A DNA stretch of 64,000 nucleotides from a virus (taxonomy: Duplodnaviria; Caudoviricetes). The position numbers and the translations under genes are program-made. The stretch is taken from positions 1 through 64,000 of the IMG/VR virus record IMGVR_UViG_3300027969_004220; one strand, given 5' to 3'. The notes beneath the pieces were generated by a model that saw only the letters and a list, made by a program, of their open reading frames with translations, ran no database searches and was not told the DNA's origin. Shown here piece after piece: positions 40,254 to 49,857 of this stretch. How positions within the stretch are numbered: position 1 is the first letter of the stretch; every line of letters begins with the position of its first letter.

Positions 40254-40880
40254 ATGTCAAAAAATAAAATAAAGTATCACTTTTTGTATAAAACTACAAA
40301 TTTGATAAATAGTAAGTATTATTATGGAATGCATAGTACCTATAAACTAGATGATGGTTATTTAGGATCTGGTAAAATGTTAAGATACTCAATACGTAAA
40401 TATGGTAAAGAAAATTTTAACATCGAAATTATAGAATTTTTTCCTTCAAGAGAAGATTTAGTAAACGCTGAAATGAATTTGATTACAGAAGAAATGGTAG
40501 TTGATAACAAACTATGTATGAACCTTAAAAAAGGTGGTTTAGGTGGATTTACAAAAGAACAATCTCATAAAGGTGCATTAAGGATGTTAGATATAATATG
40601 GAGTGATAGTGATTTTATAACAAGACACAACGAAAGAAAAAGTAAGCTAATCAAAGAACTATATCTAAGTGGTAAAATAAAAAGATGTGACTGGACTGGT
40701 AGAAAACATAGTAAAGATACTATAGAGAAAATGACTTTATCTAAAAAAGGACAAGGATTAGGAGAATCTAATTCACAATTCGGAACTTGCTGGATAACAA
40801 AAGATGGAGAGAATAAAAAAATAACAAAAGAAAAATTAGAAGACTATTTGATGGATGGTTGGATAAATGGAAGAAAATAA
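40254..40880 (+). CDS. GIY-YIG/NUMOD3 homing endonuclease inside tRNA operon 3
   Basis: FLYKTTNLINSKYYYGMH...YLGSG; GRKHSKDTIEKM NUMOD3-like segment. Confidence 0.8.
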   Translation: MSKNKIKYHFLYKTTNLINSKYYYGMHSTYKLDDGYLGSGKMLRYSIRKYGKENFNIEIIEFFPSREDLVNAEMNLITEEMVVDNKLCMNLKKGGLGGFTKEQSHKGALRMLDIIWSDSDFITRHNERKSKLIKELYLSGKIKRCDWTGRKHSKDTIEKMTLSKKGQGLGESNSQFGTCWITKDGENKKITKEKLEDYLMDGWINGRK

Positions 40881-40881
40881 T

Positions 40882-40953
40882 GCGAATGTAGCTCAGTGGT
40901 AGAGCTTCTGCTTGCCAAGTAGAAGGCCGCCGGTTCGACCCCGGTCATTCGCT
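40882..40953 (+). tRNA. trnG: tRNA-Gly(GCC)
   Basis: TCTGC-TTGCCAA-GTAGA; U73. Confidence 0.9.
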
Positions 40954-41033
40954 CAGTATAAGTGGTTTAAGTTATAGAAATCTCTATATCTAAGACGTTA
41001 GATGAAAAATTTTTATACACCACTTTAATTATA

Positions 41034-41177
41034 AAGATAGTAGTAATATAAAGCGTTACTTCGTATTCAAACGACTATTATAGGTTCGAATCCTATTGTC
41101 TGCTCAAATAATTAAAAATGCAGATATAGTGTAATGGTAACACAGTAAAAACACGTTTAATAAACTTTCTCTATCTT
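41034..41177 (+). tRNA. Circularly permuted tRNA-like gene flanked by the split halves of the insert seen in tRNA-Asn
   Basis: 3' half (anticodon-like arm, ATAGG-TTCGAAT-CCTAT, TGTCTGC-T; 41062-41104) precedes 5' half (GCAGATA-TA-GTGT-AATGGTA-ACAC; 41120-41146). Confidence 0.65.
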
Positions 41178-41182
41178 ACTTT

Positions 41183-41254
41183 GGGGCTATCGTATAATGG
41201 CTATTACACAGGATTTGCAATTCTGATATGAGATTTCGACTATCTCTAGCTCCA
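41183..41254 (+). tRNA. trnA: tRNA-Ala(UGC)
   Basis: CAGGA-TTTGCAA-TTCTG; G3:U70 pair. Confidence 0.9.
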
Positions 41255-41429
41255 CAAAATAAAAATTAAATATGAAAACTAAAGAACAGTCGCTGGACGC
41301 ACTTTAGTCACAGAAGAATATAAATCTTACTGTGACGGTAATAAAACAGAAAGAATTAAAAGATCATTAGTAAAAAATGGTTCTCGTAATGATAGAAAAT
41401 TACAAAAATATTCTGATAAATTTAACAAA

Positions 41430-41816
41430 ATGTTTGAGTTTTACTTCAAAATTTACAGAAGTGGTTTAGTTAAATTTTGTGGTGATATTGTTAAGGTAGA
41501 CTTTGATGTAAATGGCTCAGAAGGAAAATTTGCATTTAGGGAATATGATAATGGTCGTTTTAAACTAATAACACCTATATCAAGACACCCTAATATACTT
41601 CAATCCGTAATCATTGGTAAAAAAGGTTGGGGATTATGGGTAAATCAATGGACTGATGGAATTGTTGATTGGTCATTCACAAAAGAAGAAATACTAAAAG
41701 AATTTGAATTAAGAGATATAGAAATACCAGAATCACTAATGATTGAATGGGATAAATTGATACTAAAAAGAAAGATTATACGTAACGAAAATTATATGAA
41801 GTCTATTAAAATCTGA
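41430..41816 (+). CDS. Hypothetical protein (frame is open upstream to 41283)
   Basis: 128-aa ORF; upstream ATG at 41272 is out of frame by one base. Confidence 0.5.
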   Translation: MFEFYFKIYRSGLVKFCGDIVKVDFDVNGSEGKFAFREYDNGRFKLITPISRHPNILQSVIIGKKGWGLWVNQWTDGIVDWSFTKEEILKEFELRDIEIPESLMIEWDKLILKRKIIRNENYMKSIKI

Positions 41817-41834
41817 GATTATTCTCAGATTTTT

Positions 41835-42797
41835 TTATATACCTTTACTTAAATTTGTTAAGTGTTCAGTAATATCGGCAATTGTTAAAATGGCTGATTT
41901 TTCTGCATCTTCACTACTAATTTCCTTATTATTCTTATCAATTCCAGTAACCAATGAATCTATATCAAAATGTAAGTCTGATATTTTTAGGTAAATTTCA
42001 TCAATTGAGGTTTTTATTTCTCTTGCACAAATATTTATTAAACCCTCTAGATCAGAAATAGGTAAGGTAACTTTTTTAGTATTATTATTACTAATTTTAT
42101 TGGTATTTAATTCAACATAACTTTTCACACCACTAACTACAATATTTCTATTTACATTTGTTTTATCACCACCACGTTTACTAACTGCAAAATCATCACT
42201 TATTATCTGACTATAATCTAAAATATGTACATCTATATTGCTATCAGATTGATTTTTAAGACATATTACATAGTAGTCACATGGTTTTAATGTATTAACT
42301 TTAATAACATTACCTGCTTTATATAATTTTATTTGATATGTTACAATATCTTCACCGGTATCTTCCTCAGATGGAACTGTTTTAAATTCAGCAACAGATA
42401 ATTCACTATATGATTTTGATGCAGTAATATCTGCAATTGCACGACCAGCAGTTAATTTACCATGAATTAGTGAAGCAAGAAATCCTTCTAATAAAAATCC
42501 AGCACTTGACTCATTGAAATTGGTTCTTAGTTCATTTAGATATTGTAATATTGTAATTAATGAAATTTTGTCTTTAATAGTTATATTATTATCATTTACT
42601 AGTTCATTTATCTGTGATAATAATTTTACTTTTTTCTGTAAATCATATTTATCTTTTTTTCTACTATTTGGATTTTTAGTTAATATCTTATCTAATATCG
42701 TAACGTATCTAGCCATTCTAATATACATATCATCATCCACTTTAATATTTACCCAACCTCTCGGATAAGTAAAGTTTTCAAATTTCATTATTTCCAT
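41835..42797 (-). CDS. Hypothetical protein with possible PD-(D/E)XK nuclease fold and N-terminal MKFENF tag
   Basis: SAGFLLEGFLASL...ADI...YQIKL pattern; TAATATATA upstream. Confidence 0.45.
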   Translation of the reverse strand: MEIMKFENFTYPRGWVNIKVDDDMYIRMARYVTILDKILTKNPNSRKKDKYDLQKKVKLLSQINELVNDNNITIKDKISLITILQYLNELRTNFNESSAGFLLEGFLASLIHGKLTAGRAIADITASKSYSELSVAEFKTVPSEEDTGEDIVTYQIKLYKAGNVIKVNTLKPCDYYVICLKNQSDSNIDVHILDYSQIISDDFAVSKRGGDKTNVNRNIVVSGVKSYVELNTNKISNNNTKKVTLPISDLEGLINICAREIKTSIDEIYLKISDLHFDIDSLVTGIDKNNKEISSEDAEKSAILTIADITEHLTNLSKGI

Positions 42798-42844
42798 ATT
42801 GTATATATTAAATCTTTTACTTACTTTTGTAAAAATTAAAGATT

Positions 42845-43114
42845 ATGGAGTTAAAAGATTTTCTAATAAAAACAGGTTTAAAATCTTCTGAGGTTTCATT
42901 TTTCTATAAGAATAGAACTGATGAAAGACCGGTTGAAGTAAAAATAATTCAATCTAATAAAAAAGGAATGTGGGAAATAATTAGAAAAAGTCAAATTCAA
43001 GATAGAACTGAATATTCTGGTTTTTTCACAACTTTTTCTACTCTCTGGATTAAAACTCCATCAAGATTTTTAAAGGTAGGTAAATTATTACAAGAGTTGG
43101 ATGCAGTTGAATAA
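42845..43114 (+). CDS. Hypothetical protein
   Basis: 89-aa ORF after TACTTTTG. Confidence 0.5.
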   Translation: MELKDFLIKTGLKSSEVSFFYKNRTDERPVEVKIIQSNKKGMWEIIRKSQIQDRTEYSGFFTTFSTLWIKTPSRFLKVGKLLQELDAVE

Positions 43115-43583
43115 AGATACACCAAGAAGAATTAAACAACGTAAAGATTGTCGTACTGTACAAGAGATTAGAGATTTCTTGTTACAGTATTTTGACTTAC
43201 ACGATAGATACGAAAACAGACAGTTTGGTCACCAAAGTAATTTCACTTTAACTTATAAAGATAAACCGAGAGGTAATAATCATACCGATATTAGTATAAA
43301 ACTTGTGTGGTATAATGATGAAGATTTAGTTACTGAGGTTAAACTAGAATGGTATAAAGGTTGGAGAGACAACGATCGAGAATATAAAAATTACGAATGG
43401 ACATTTAAGAATGAAGATTATAATGATGAATGTTGGTTTCTATGGAATGATCAAGGTCGAAGAGATATAGTTGAAAACTGTGACATATTGACAGAGATTA
43501 CAAATTTTATCATTAAATATGAAAAAAGATTACCACGTGCTCTCTCAAGAGATAATAAATTAAAACAATTGCTCGGGTTATAG
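43101..43583 (+). CDS. Hypothetical protein with C-terminal RD-motif
   Basis: Ends SRDNKLKQLLGL. Confidence 0.6.
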   Translation: MQLNKDTPRRIKQRKDCRTVQEIRDFLLQYFDLHDRYENRQFGHQSNFTLTYKDKPRGNNHTDISIKLVWYNDEDLVTEVKLEWYKGWRDNDREYKNYEWTFKNEDYNDECWFLWNDQGRRDIVENCDILTEITNFIIKYEKRLPRALSRDNKLKQLLGL

Positions 43584-43651
43584 TATAAGTTTATATTATA
43601 TATCATGATGTTACATGTTTTTGAAAATACTAATAAAAAATTAAATATAAA

Positions 43652-44257
43652 ATGAAGAAAATTGAATACGATCCATTTGTAACCAGACAATTCTCACAGA
43701 ATTTTTCTGGAACTAAAGTATCACTAGAAATTAAAGATGAACTTTTAGAAGTGATAAATGATGCTTATGAGCATTCTTCATCTGAAACCATGTTAAACTC
43801 TGACTGGGGTTTCTGTAAGTATCTTATCTTACCAAATGAATTTGGAGTTAAATGTGCAGTTAGAGAAATCACACTAGATATTTATCCTTATATTAGAACT
43901 GACTATGTTCAAAGAACACCTGAGGAATTACCAATCTTGTCCAGATTTGCTCAATTACCTCCTGGGTTTAAGTCACAAGAAGCCAATTATATTGTCTTAG
44001 TTCTTTACACAAGAAGACAATTAGAAAAAGAATTTAAACCTAAAGAAGAAGGACAAGAGTTTTACTTTGATGATTCTGTTAAATGGGGTATTGTTTCGAT
44101 AATGGGAACTATGGAACCGAAGCCAGATCCACTTGTGCCAATTACAATTATGAGAAATGCTTTAGGTGTTGAAGAAGGTGGTAATGGAGAAACACTAGAT
44201 AGAAAAGTTTATAACGAATCAGTGGAATTCTGGTCTAAATATATTTTAGTTAAGTAA
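43652..44257 (+). CDS. DUF3228-family protein
   Basis: PITIMRNALGVEEGGNG..LDR..Y..SV.FW and ELPILSRF motifs, recalled for DUF3228. Confidence 0.7.
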   Translation: MKKIEYDPFVTRQFSQNFSGTKVSLEIKDELLEVINDAYEHSSSETMLNSDWGFCKYLILPNEFGVKCAVREITLDIYPYIRTDYVQRTPEELPILSRFAQLPPGFKSQEANYIVLVLYTRRQLEKEFKPKEEGQEFYFDDSVKWGIVSIMGTMEPKPDPLVPITIMRNALGVEEGGNGETLDRKVYNESVEFWSKYILVK

Positions 44258-44496
44258 TGAAAAAATTTATAATCACATTTATCGTATCATTTATCGTATT
44301 CTATTTAATAGAGTATTCACTACACTATTTCTTTGATATAGATCTCGATACACTTGAATTAGGATGGCTAGGATGGCTTGGTTTCATAATTGCTTATGGA
44401 TTTAAGTTTCACATCTTTTGTTGTCTTATACCTCTTATTTTTACTTCGTATAAGTGTAAACATAAAAAATGTGAACACGATCACTGTAAAAAATAA
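44257..44496 (+). CDS. Small membrane protein with Cys/His tail
   Basis: Two hydrophobic helices; ends CKHKKCEHDHC. Confidence 0.6.
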   Translation: MKKFIITFIVSFIVFYLIEYSLHYFFDIDLDTLELGWLGWLGFIIAYGFKFHIFCCLIPLIFTSYKCKHKKCEHDHCKK

Positions 44497-44536
44497 ATCA
44501 CCTTTTAATAGGTAAATACAAATATATGTTGTATAT

Positions 44537-45322
44537 TTGCAAAACAAAATAAATAAAAATATGGAACTTAAAGACATAAACGTAGATACAATTACATCAG
44601 ATGAACTTTCAAAGGTTGACTTTTCAGTGTTTGCTAGTTTACTAACAGACTTAAAAAATGAACATTTAACAACTGATGAAGAAAGAAAAACTTTCTTAAC
44701 TGTTTTAAAAAGAATGTATGGTGGAGACTCATTTCCACACGTTGACATCTATCTTAAAAATACTCAATCTGGAGAACTTATTGAGAAGAAATTCGTTGAT
44801 ATGGTAAACGGAGTTACTAGAGTAACTAGTGAGAACTATGACTTTTCATATGATGAAAATAATAAGAAAGGTGAAATTAAATCTATTAGAGTAATGTCTA
44901 GCAAAGATAAAGATAAGTATCCTGTACAAAGATCAATGTCTATCTTTGAAAAACAAACCTGTCTTTCTAATACAAGTTTTCAGCAAATTAAACCAAGTGA
45001 GTTTGACTCAATGGTTGGTGTGTTAGTTTACAAAGATGGTATAAGTATATACAATGTTCCAAATACAGTATTCCACCCAACAGTAATTAAGAAAACTGAT
45101 AAGACTAAGAAAGCTTTTATCAAAGAATTAAATGATGCTGGTAAAATTGTACTATCTGGACAACACAAGTCTAACTTAACAGAAGGACAAATTGGATTTA
45201 ACGAATTAAAAAAATATCTTAAATTCTCACTTTATGTAAAAGATGGTAACTACTACTACATTGAGAATGGTAAGAAAACTGACAAACTATACACTAACTT
45301 AGATTTTAGTGATTTACTATAA
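44537..45322 (+). CDS. Putative restriction endonuclease-like protein (PD-(D/E)XK)
   Basis: GELIEKKF...YDFSY...GEIKS; convergent with an adenine MTase; likely ATG at 44561. Confidence 0.5.
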   Translation: MQNKINKNMELKDINVDTITSDELSKVDFSVFASLLTDLKNEHLTTDEERKTFLTVLKRMYGGDSFPHVDIYLKNTQSGELIEKKFVDMVNGVTRVTSENYDFSYDENNKKGEIKSIRVMSSKDKDKYPVQRSMSIFEKQTCLSNTSFQQIKPSEFDSMVGVLVYKDGISIYNVPNTVFHPTVIKKTDKTKKAFIKELNDAGKIVLSGQHKSNLTEGQIGFNELKKYLKFSLYVKDGNYYYIENGKKTDKLYTNLDFSDLL

Positions 45323-45323
45323 T

Positions 45324-45352
45324 AAAAAAGGAGACTAATGTCTCCTTTTTTT
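45324..45352. terminator. Bidirectional intrinsic terminator
   Basis: AAAAAAGGAGAC-taat-GTCTCCTTTTTT. Confidence 0.8.
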
Positions 45353-46778
45353 ATTTCTTATATTTAAACTCTTCCATAAATTCTACTGGAACTCCAAAGT
45401 AAAACTTACTATAAGTTTTCTTAATATTCTTATACCAATCAGACTTATAGATAAATATCATATACTCATAAATCATATCAATTGGCATTTCAGTATTTTC
45501 ATACCAATACTTTTTAAATTCATCAGTAAGATTATCTTCTATACCTGCAAGAGGAACTGTTCTTATACTCCCAGGACTTGAGTTTCTATTTGCATCATAA
45601 TCTGTGTATCCATAATAATCAGTTGATATTGATGTTGGATTACTTGTAAAGTAAAAAGACTCCCCAGGATTACTATTTATAAGATAAACAAATGAAACCT
45701 TTTTAATACTCTCGTGTCTAAAATAGAATCTCCATTCATTTCTATGTTTTATTCTTTTATAATTATCAATATTCTGAAATACTGATAAATCATAAGAATC
45801 TTTGATCTCATTTATATAACCTAAAATTATTACCAATTTGTTATCATCGATTTTACTCAAGTGATAAGAATTATTATAAGACAGTTTATCTTTTAAATTA
45901 GTAAGATTAGTTTCTTCAAAAAAGATACTACAGATTCTTTGCATAAAATGTTCTTTAGGTTCATCTTTACAAGAAAGTAAAAAGGATTCTGCAGGAACAC
46001 TACCTAAATATGTTTTCTTAAAAATCTTATTATAAGGTATGATATTTTGATTAGCACCTAAGAAATCTTCTAATAAAACTTCTTCATCATTATATAACAT
46101 AGTTTTACTATTAGTAATAGTAGTAGTAAAGTGAACCAGAATTAAATTCTGGCTAACATTCTCGAAATTACTTTTATCAATATCTTTTATAGAAACGATA
46201 TTCAAATGGTTATTTAAGAAAGTATAAAATGACTTAAATGCCTTTGTTGGATTTTGAAAGATTGTTTTCGGTAGAATATAAAAAACATCAGCTTCTTTAT
46301 TTACATTTTTAATTACATCCAGTGTTTTTACTATAAAGAATATACATTCTTCTTTAACACCATCAATATTATATAATCTTTTCAATCTATCAATCTCAGG
46401 TTTTCTATCTTTTAAAGATAATGCTGGGGTTCTATAAGGTGGGTTACCAACTAATAAAATTCTATCACAATCTTCGATGAAATCTTTATCTAAATCAAAG
46501 TCATAAATATTCTGATTTATCAACTGACAATTATCTATTGGTGCAAACTCAGAGAAAACTTCTTCATCTATCTCAACTGCAACAATCTTATTTTTATAAA
46601 TCTTTCTAAATGATTTTACAAAGTTACCAGAACCAAAAGATGGTTCTATAAAAACAGTTTTATCAGTAATCTCAACAGGTAGTTCTGAAATAATTTTATC
46701 AGTACCTTCTATCTTAGTATTATACTGACCAAGTATCTCTACCTTTGTATAATTATCTTTATTTGTTGCTTTTCTCAT
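45351..46778 (-). CDS. N6-adenine DNA methyltransferase (gamma-type)
   Basis: GQY.T, IEPSFGSGNF (motif I) and VGNPPY (motif IV). Confidence 0.85.
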   Translation of the reverse strand: MRKATNKDNYTKVEILGQYNTKIEGTDKIISELPVEITDKTVFIEPSFGSGNFVKSFRKIYKNKIVAVEIDEEVFSEFAPIDNCQLINQNIYDFDLDKDFIEDCDRILLVGNPPYRTPALSLKDRKPEIDRLKRLYNIDGVKEECIFFIVKTLDVIKNVNKEADVFYILPKTIFQNPTKAFKSFYTFLNNHLNIVSIKDIDKSNFENVSQNLILVHFTTTITNSKTMLYNDEEVLLEDFLGANQNIIPYNKIFKKTYLGSVPAESFLLSCKDEPKEHFMQRICSIFFEETNLTNLKDKLSYNNSYHLSKIDDNKLVIILGYINEIKDSYDLSVFQNIDNYKRIKHRNEWRFYFRHESIKKVSFVYLINSNPGESFYFTSNPTSISTDYYGYTDYDANRNSSPGSIRTVPLAGIEDNLTDEFKKYWYENTEMPIDMIYEYMIFIYKSDWYKNIKKTYSKFYFGVPVEFMEEFKYKK

Positions 46779-46810
46779 TGTAAAAATTCTTTATTATTAT
46801 ATGAGTTTAT

Positions 46811-47263
46811 ATGATTAAAGTTTCAACTTTTACTTGTATTACCAATACAATTCACTATCTTTGTAATCTAAAATATATGAATATGAACGGAACTGTGCAA
46901 GTTGTGCTAGTGAATAAAGAAGGATTAGTATTAGGTGTATCAAGAAAGACAGACCACAATGATTTTGGTTTAGTTGGAGGATCATTAGAAGACTATGATG
47001 TAACACCAGAAGCTGGTGCTTTAAGAGAAACAAAAGAAGAAACTGGATTAGATATTACTAATCTAAAATTGATATATGTAAAAGTAACTAGAGACGGAAG
47101 AATAGGTTATACCTATTTGGCTGACTATTCTGGTGAAATAGAATATGACGAACCACACGTAGTTAAATGGACAACATTTAGCGAATTGATTAAAGGTTCA
47201 TTTGGTCATTGGAATTTACAAGTTTATCAATCAATGTTAAATTTAGGAATAGAAGTTAAGTAA
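46811..47263 (+). CDS. Nudix hydrolase (likely start near 46877)
   Basis: Nudix box GGSLEDYDVTPEAGALRETKEETGL. Confidence 0.9.
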   Translation: MIKVSTFTCITNTIHYLCNLKYMNMNGTVQVVLVNKEGLVLGVSRKTDHNDFGLVGGSLEDYDVTPEAGALRETKEETGLDITNLKLIYVKVTRDGRIGYTYLADYSGEIEYDEPHVVKWTTFSELIKGSFGHWNLQVYQSMLNLGIEVK

Positions 47264-47706
47264 TGAGTAAAAAAGAAAAATTAGAAGAACTTTATAAAAA
47301 ACTAACAGACGGACAAAGATTTGGATTTAATTTTTTGTATGGTTCACCACATACTATAAGTGATGATAAAATAGATAAAGCCATTTCAATCTGTGAAAAG
47401 TATAGCAGTATAAAACCTAATGTTATTACTACACTACCTGGTATAAATTTTACAAGTTCAACCGCATCTGTTACACCAACAGTAACATATTGTTTGTGTG
47501 GGAATATTCCATCAAAAGGCGATATATTTTATTATCAATCAAAGTATAGTAAAGTTCCACTTGAAGGTATCGTTGATATTATTTATCATGACTCAATTCG
47601 TTCCAAAAATGGAACTGCTTATAAATTTGATGAAATCATTGTTAAACCAAAGTTTGTAATAAGAGACGAAATACTAAATGAAATACTAAATGGGAAAGAT
47701 AACTAA
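47263..47706 (+). CDS. Hypothetical protein with C-terminal RD-motif
   Basis: Ends IRDEILNEILNG. Confidence 0.6.
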   Translation: MSKKEKLEELYKKLTDGQRFGFNFLYGSPHTISDDKIDKAISICEKYSSIKPNVITTLPGINFTSSTASVTPTVTYCLCGNIPSKGDIFYYQSKYSKVPLEGIVDIIYHDSIRSKNGTAYKFDEIIVKPKFVIRDEILNEILNGKDN

Positions 47707-47893
47707 AGAACAAGTACAAAAACTTCAAGAACAACAAGACAATCCAAGGTATCATCCTTATACGTGTTGTTCTTATGATGGATGCGAACGAGATAAACAA
47801 CCAAATTGGGGAGCTTTAATTCCAACAGAAGATTGTTGGATCTGTCCGTGTGGAAAATATAAACAAGAATATCGTGAAGAAGCCTCAAATTAA
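47690..47893 (+). CDS. Small Zn-binding protein
   Basis: HPYTC...WICPCG. Confidence 0.55.
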   Translation: MGKITKEQVQKLQEQQDNPRYHPYTCCSYDGCERDKQPNWGALIPTEDCWICPCGKYKQEYREEASN

Positions 47894-47961
47894 ATTTTGA
47901 GGTTTTTCTTTTTTATTCAAATAATTTACTTATATTTGTAATCTAATACAAAATATAAAAT

Positions 47962-49188
47962 ATGCAATCTGAAATTAAATATTCCAGTAAGTTCACAAAC
48001 TTATTAAGACTTATCGACCACCGTGTCGCAAAAATACTTTTAGACATTGAAAATAAAAGTCTTATAGTTACACAAAACTATATTGATCTTACCGACAAAA
48101 AAGATACTGTATCTTTTACACCTGATAGAAAAGTTGCTGAAATAAAAGCCAGTATACCTCAGTTGTGGAAAACTACCGAAGATACAAGACATCTTACACA
48201 CGGTTCTGCAAATGATAAAATTTACGAAGATTTAGGATATGAAAAACCTAATAGAGATCCTTGGTCACCAGAGTATGGTACTTTAGGAACTATCTTAGGT
48301 GAAGCTAAGTCACGCACTACTGATAAAGTTTTTGTTATTTTTCAACAATATGAAGGTGACTATAAAGTTGTTGTAAACAAAGCTACTTTGATACAATCAA
48401 GTAATTTTAATAAAATCTGGTCTTCTAATAGAAACTCTATTAGAATCGGTAGATTGACTAGATCAATTCTATCTTCTGTTGGTGCAACATTTACAGAGAA
48501 AGACATTGAAGAATTTACTAATAAGTTTAAGGCGGCTTATGACTTTAATAAAGATGCTACCAATAAATTTGATATAGTATCCGGTGAAGATATTGCAAAA
48601 TGGTATCACTATGAGAAATACACTAAAGGTGGTGGTACACTTAATAACTCTTGTATGGCTAATGTAAAATCAGATTTCTTTGATATTTATGTTCAAAATC
48701 CACAAGTTAAATTAGTTATTCTTTATGATGATGCTGGTAAACTCGAAAATGGCAAATATACTTCTGATAAAATCAAAGGTAGAGCTATTCTTTGGGAAGG
48801 TGCTAAATGTGTTGGTGTAGAAGGCAATATAAACTTTATGGATAGAATTTACACAAGTAATGATTCTGATACAGATTTGTTTATAACATTTGCACAATCA
48901 AAAAACTTTTGGTATAAAAAATCACAAAGTATGGATTTTGAGTGTACTATCTGTAATGGAGTTATCGAACAAAAAGCTAACATCACAGTTGATTTGGATG
49001 AAACTAACTTTTCTTTTTATCCTTATACTGATACAATGTCTTTTGCTAACTTAGATGATAATACATTGATGAACTTCAATGATAAATATGATAGAAGACT
49101 TAGAGGTACAAACGGTGGATATGAAGGTTCAGACGATCACTATTATGATCCACAAGAATACGATGAAGATTATTATGAAGAAGATTAA
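47962..49188 (+). CDS. Hypothetical phage protein
   Basis: 408 aa with GTLNNSCM, GRAILW, MDRIY and PYTDT conserved-looking motifs. Confidence 0.6.
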   Translation: MQSEIKYSSKFTNLLRLIDHRVAKILLDIENKSLIVTQNYIDLTDKKDTVSFTPDRKVAEIKASIPQLWKTTEDTRHLTHGSANDKIYEDLGYEKPNRDPWSPEYGTLGTILGEAKSRTTDKVFVIFQQYEGDYKVVVNKATLIQSSNFNKIWSSNRNSIRIGRLTRSILSSVGATFTEKDIEEFTNKFKAAYDFNKDATNKFDIVSGEDIAKWYHYEKYTKGGGTLNNSCMANVKSDFFDIYVQNPQVKLVILYDDAGKLENGKYTSDKIKGRAILWEGAKCVGVEGNINFMDRIYTSNDSDTDLFITFAQSKNFWYKKSQSMDFECTICNGVIEQKANITVDLDETNFSFYPYTDTMSFANLDDNTLMNFNDKYDRRLRGTNGGYEGSDDHYYDPQEYDEDYYEED

Positions 49189-49204
49189 ATAAAAATCCTC
49201 CAAT

Positions 49205-49585
49205 GTGAGGATTTTTTTGTATCTTTGTACTATGAAAATCAAACTACAAGATGTTAAAGAAGAAATCGAAGATATAATCGATGGTGTTCTTGTAGAACTA
49301 ATTGATGATGATTTTGAAGTTAGAAAAGTTTTTGTAGATTCTGATACTTATAATTTTGGTGCTAGACATATTATAGATGTTTATATAACCAAAGATAAAA
49401 AAGGATTTAAAATAAGTAAAATACAACCAAAGGTTTTAACAGTTGTTGATTTTATGAAACGAAGATATAACGCAATTATATCTTATCAAACAATGGAAAG
49501 TAATAGTAAAAGAGAATTTCATAAAACCTTTCCTCTTTTTAAATATAATCTTATAAAGAAATTTAAAATAACTATAACTATTTAA
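49205..49585 (+). CDS. Hypothetical protein (likely ATG at 49232)
   Basis: ORF after TATCTTTG. Confidence 0.5.
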   Translation: MRIFLYLCTMKIKLQDVKEEIEDIIDGVLVELIDDDFEVRKVFVDSDTYNFGARHIIDVYITKDKKGFKISKIQPKVLTVVDFMKRRYNAIISYQTMESNSKREFHKTFPLFKYNLIKKFKITITI

Positions 49586-49641
49586 TAAAAAAATCATATA
49601 ATTTATGATAGTATTTATACTAAAAAGAAACAACGATTCAA

Positions 49642-49839
49642 TTGGACTATTCAAGTATCGAAACCCTAAAACAAGGTATCATTGATACTTTAAGGAATTG
49701 GGAATGGAATGTAACTGATATATTAATCGAAAATGATCAAATTAATATATCTTTTAATGCAGAAACTGATGGTGTTATAAAGTTTTATGAGGAAGACACC
49801 ACCGGAAGTTGGCACTTTGACGAAGTAACTGTTATTTAA
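49642..49839 (+). CDS. Small hypothetical protein
   Basis: 65-aa ORF. Confidence 0.45.
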   Translation: MDYSSIETLKQGIIDTLRNWEWNVTDILIENDQINISFNAETDGVIKFYEEDTTGSWHFDEVTVI

Positions 49840-49857
49840 AAAATTAAAACATATATT

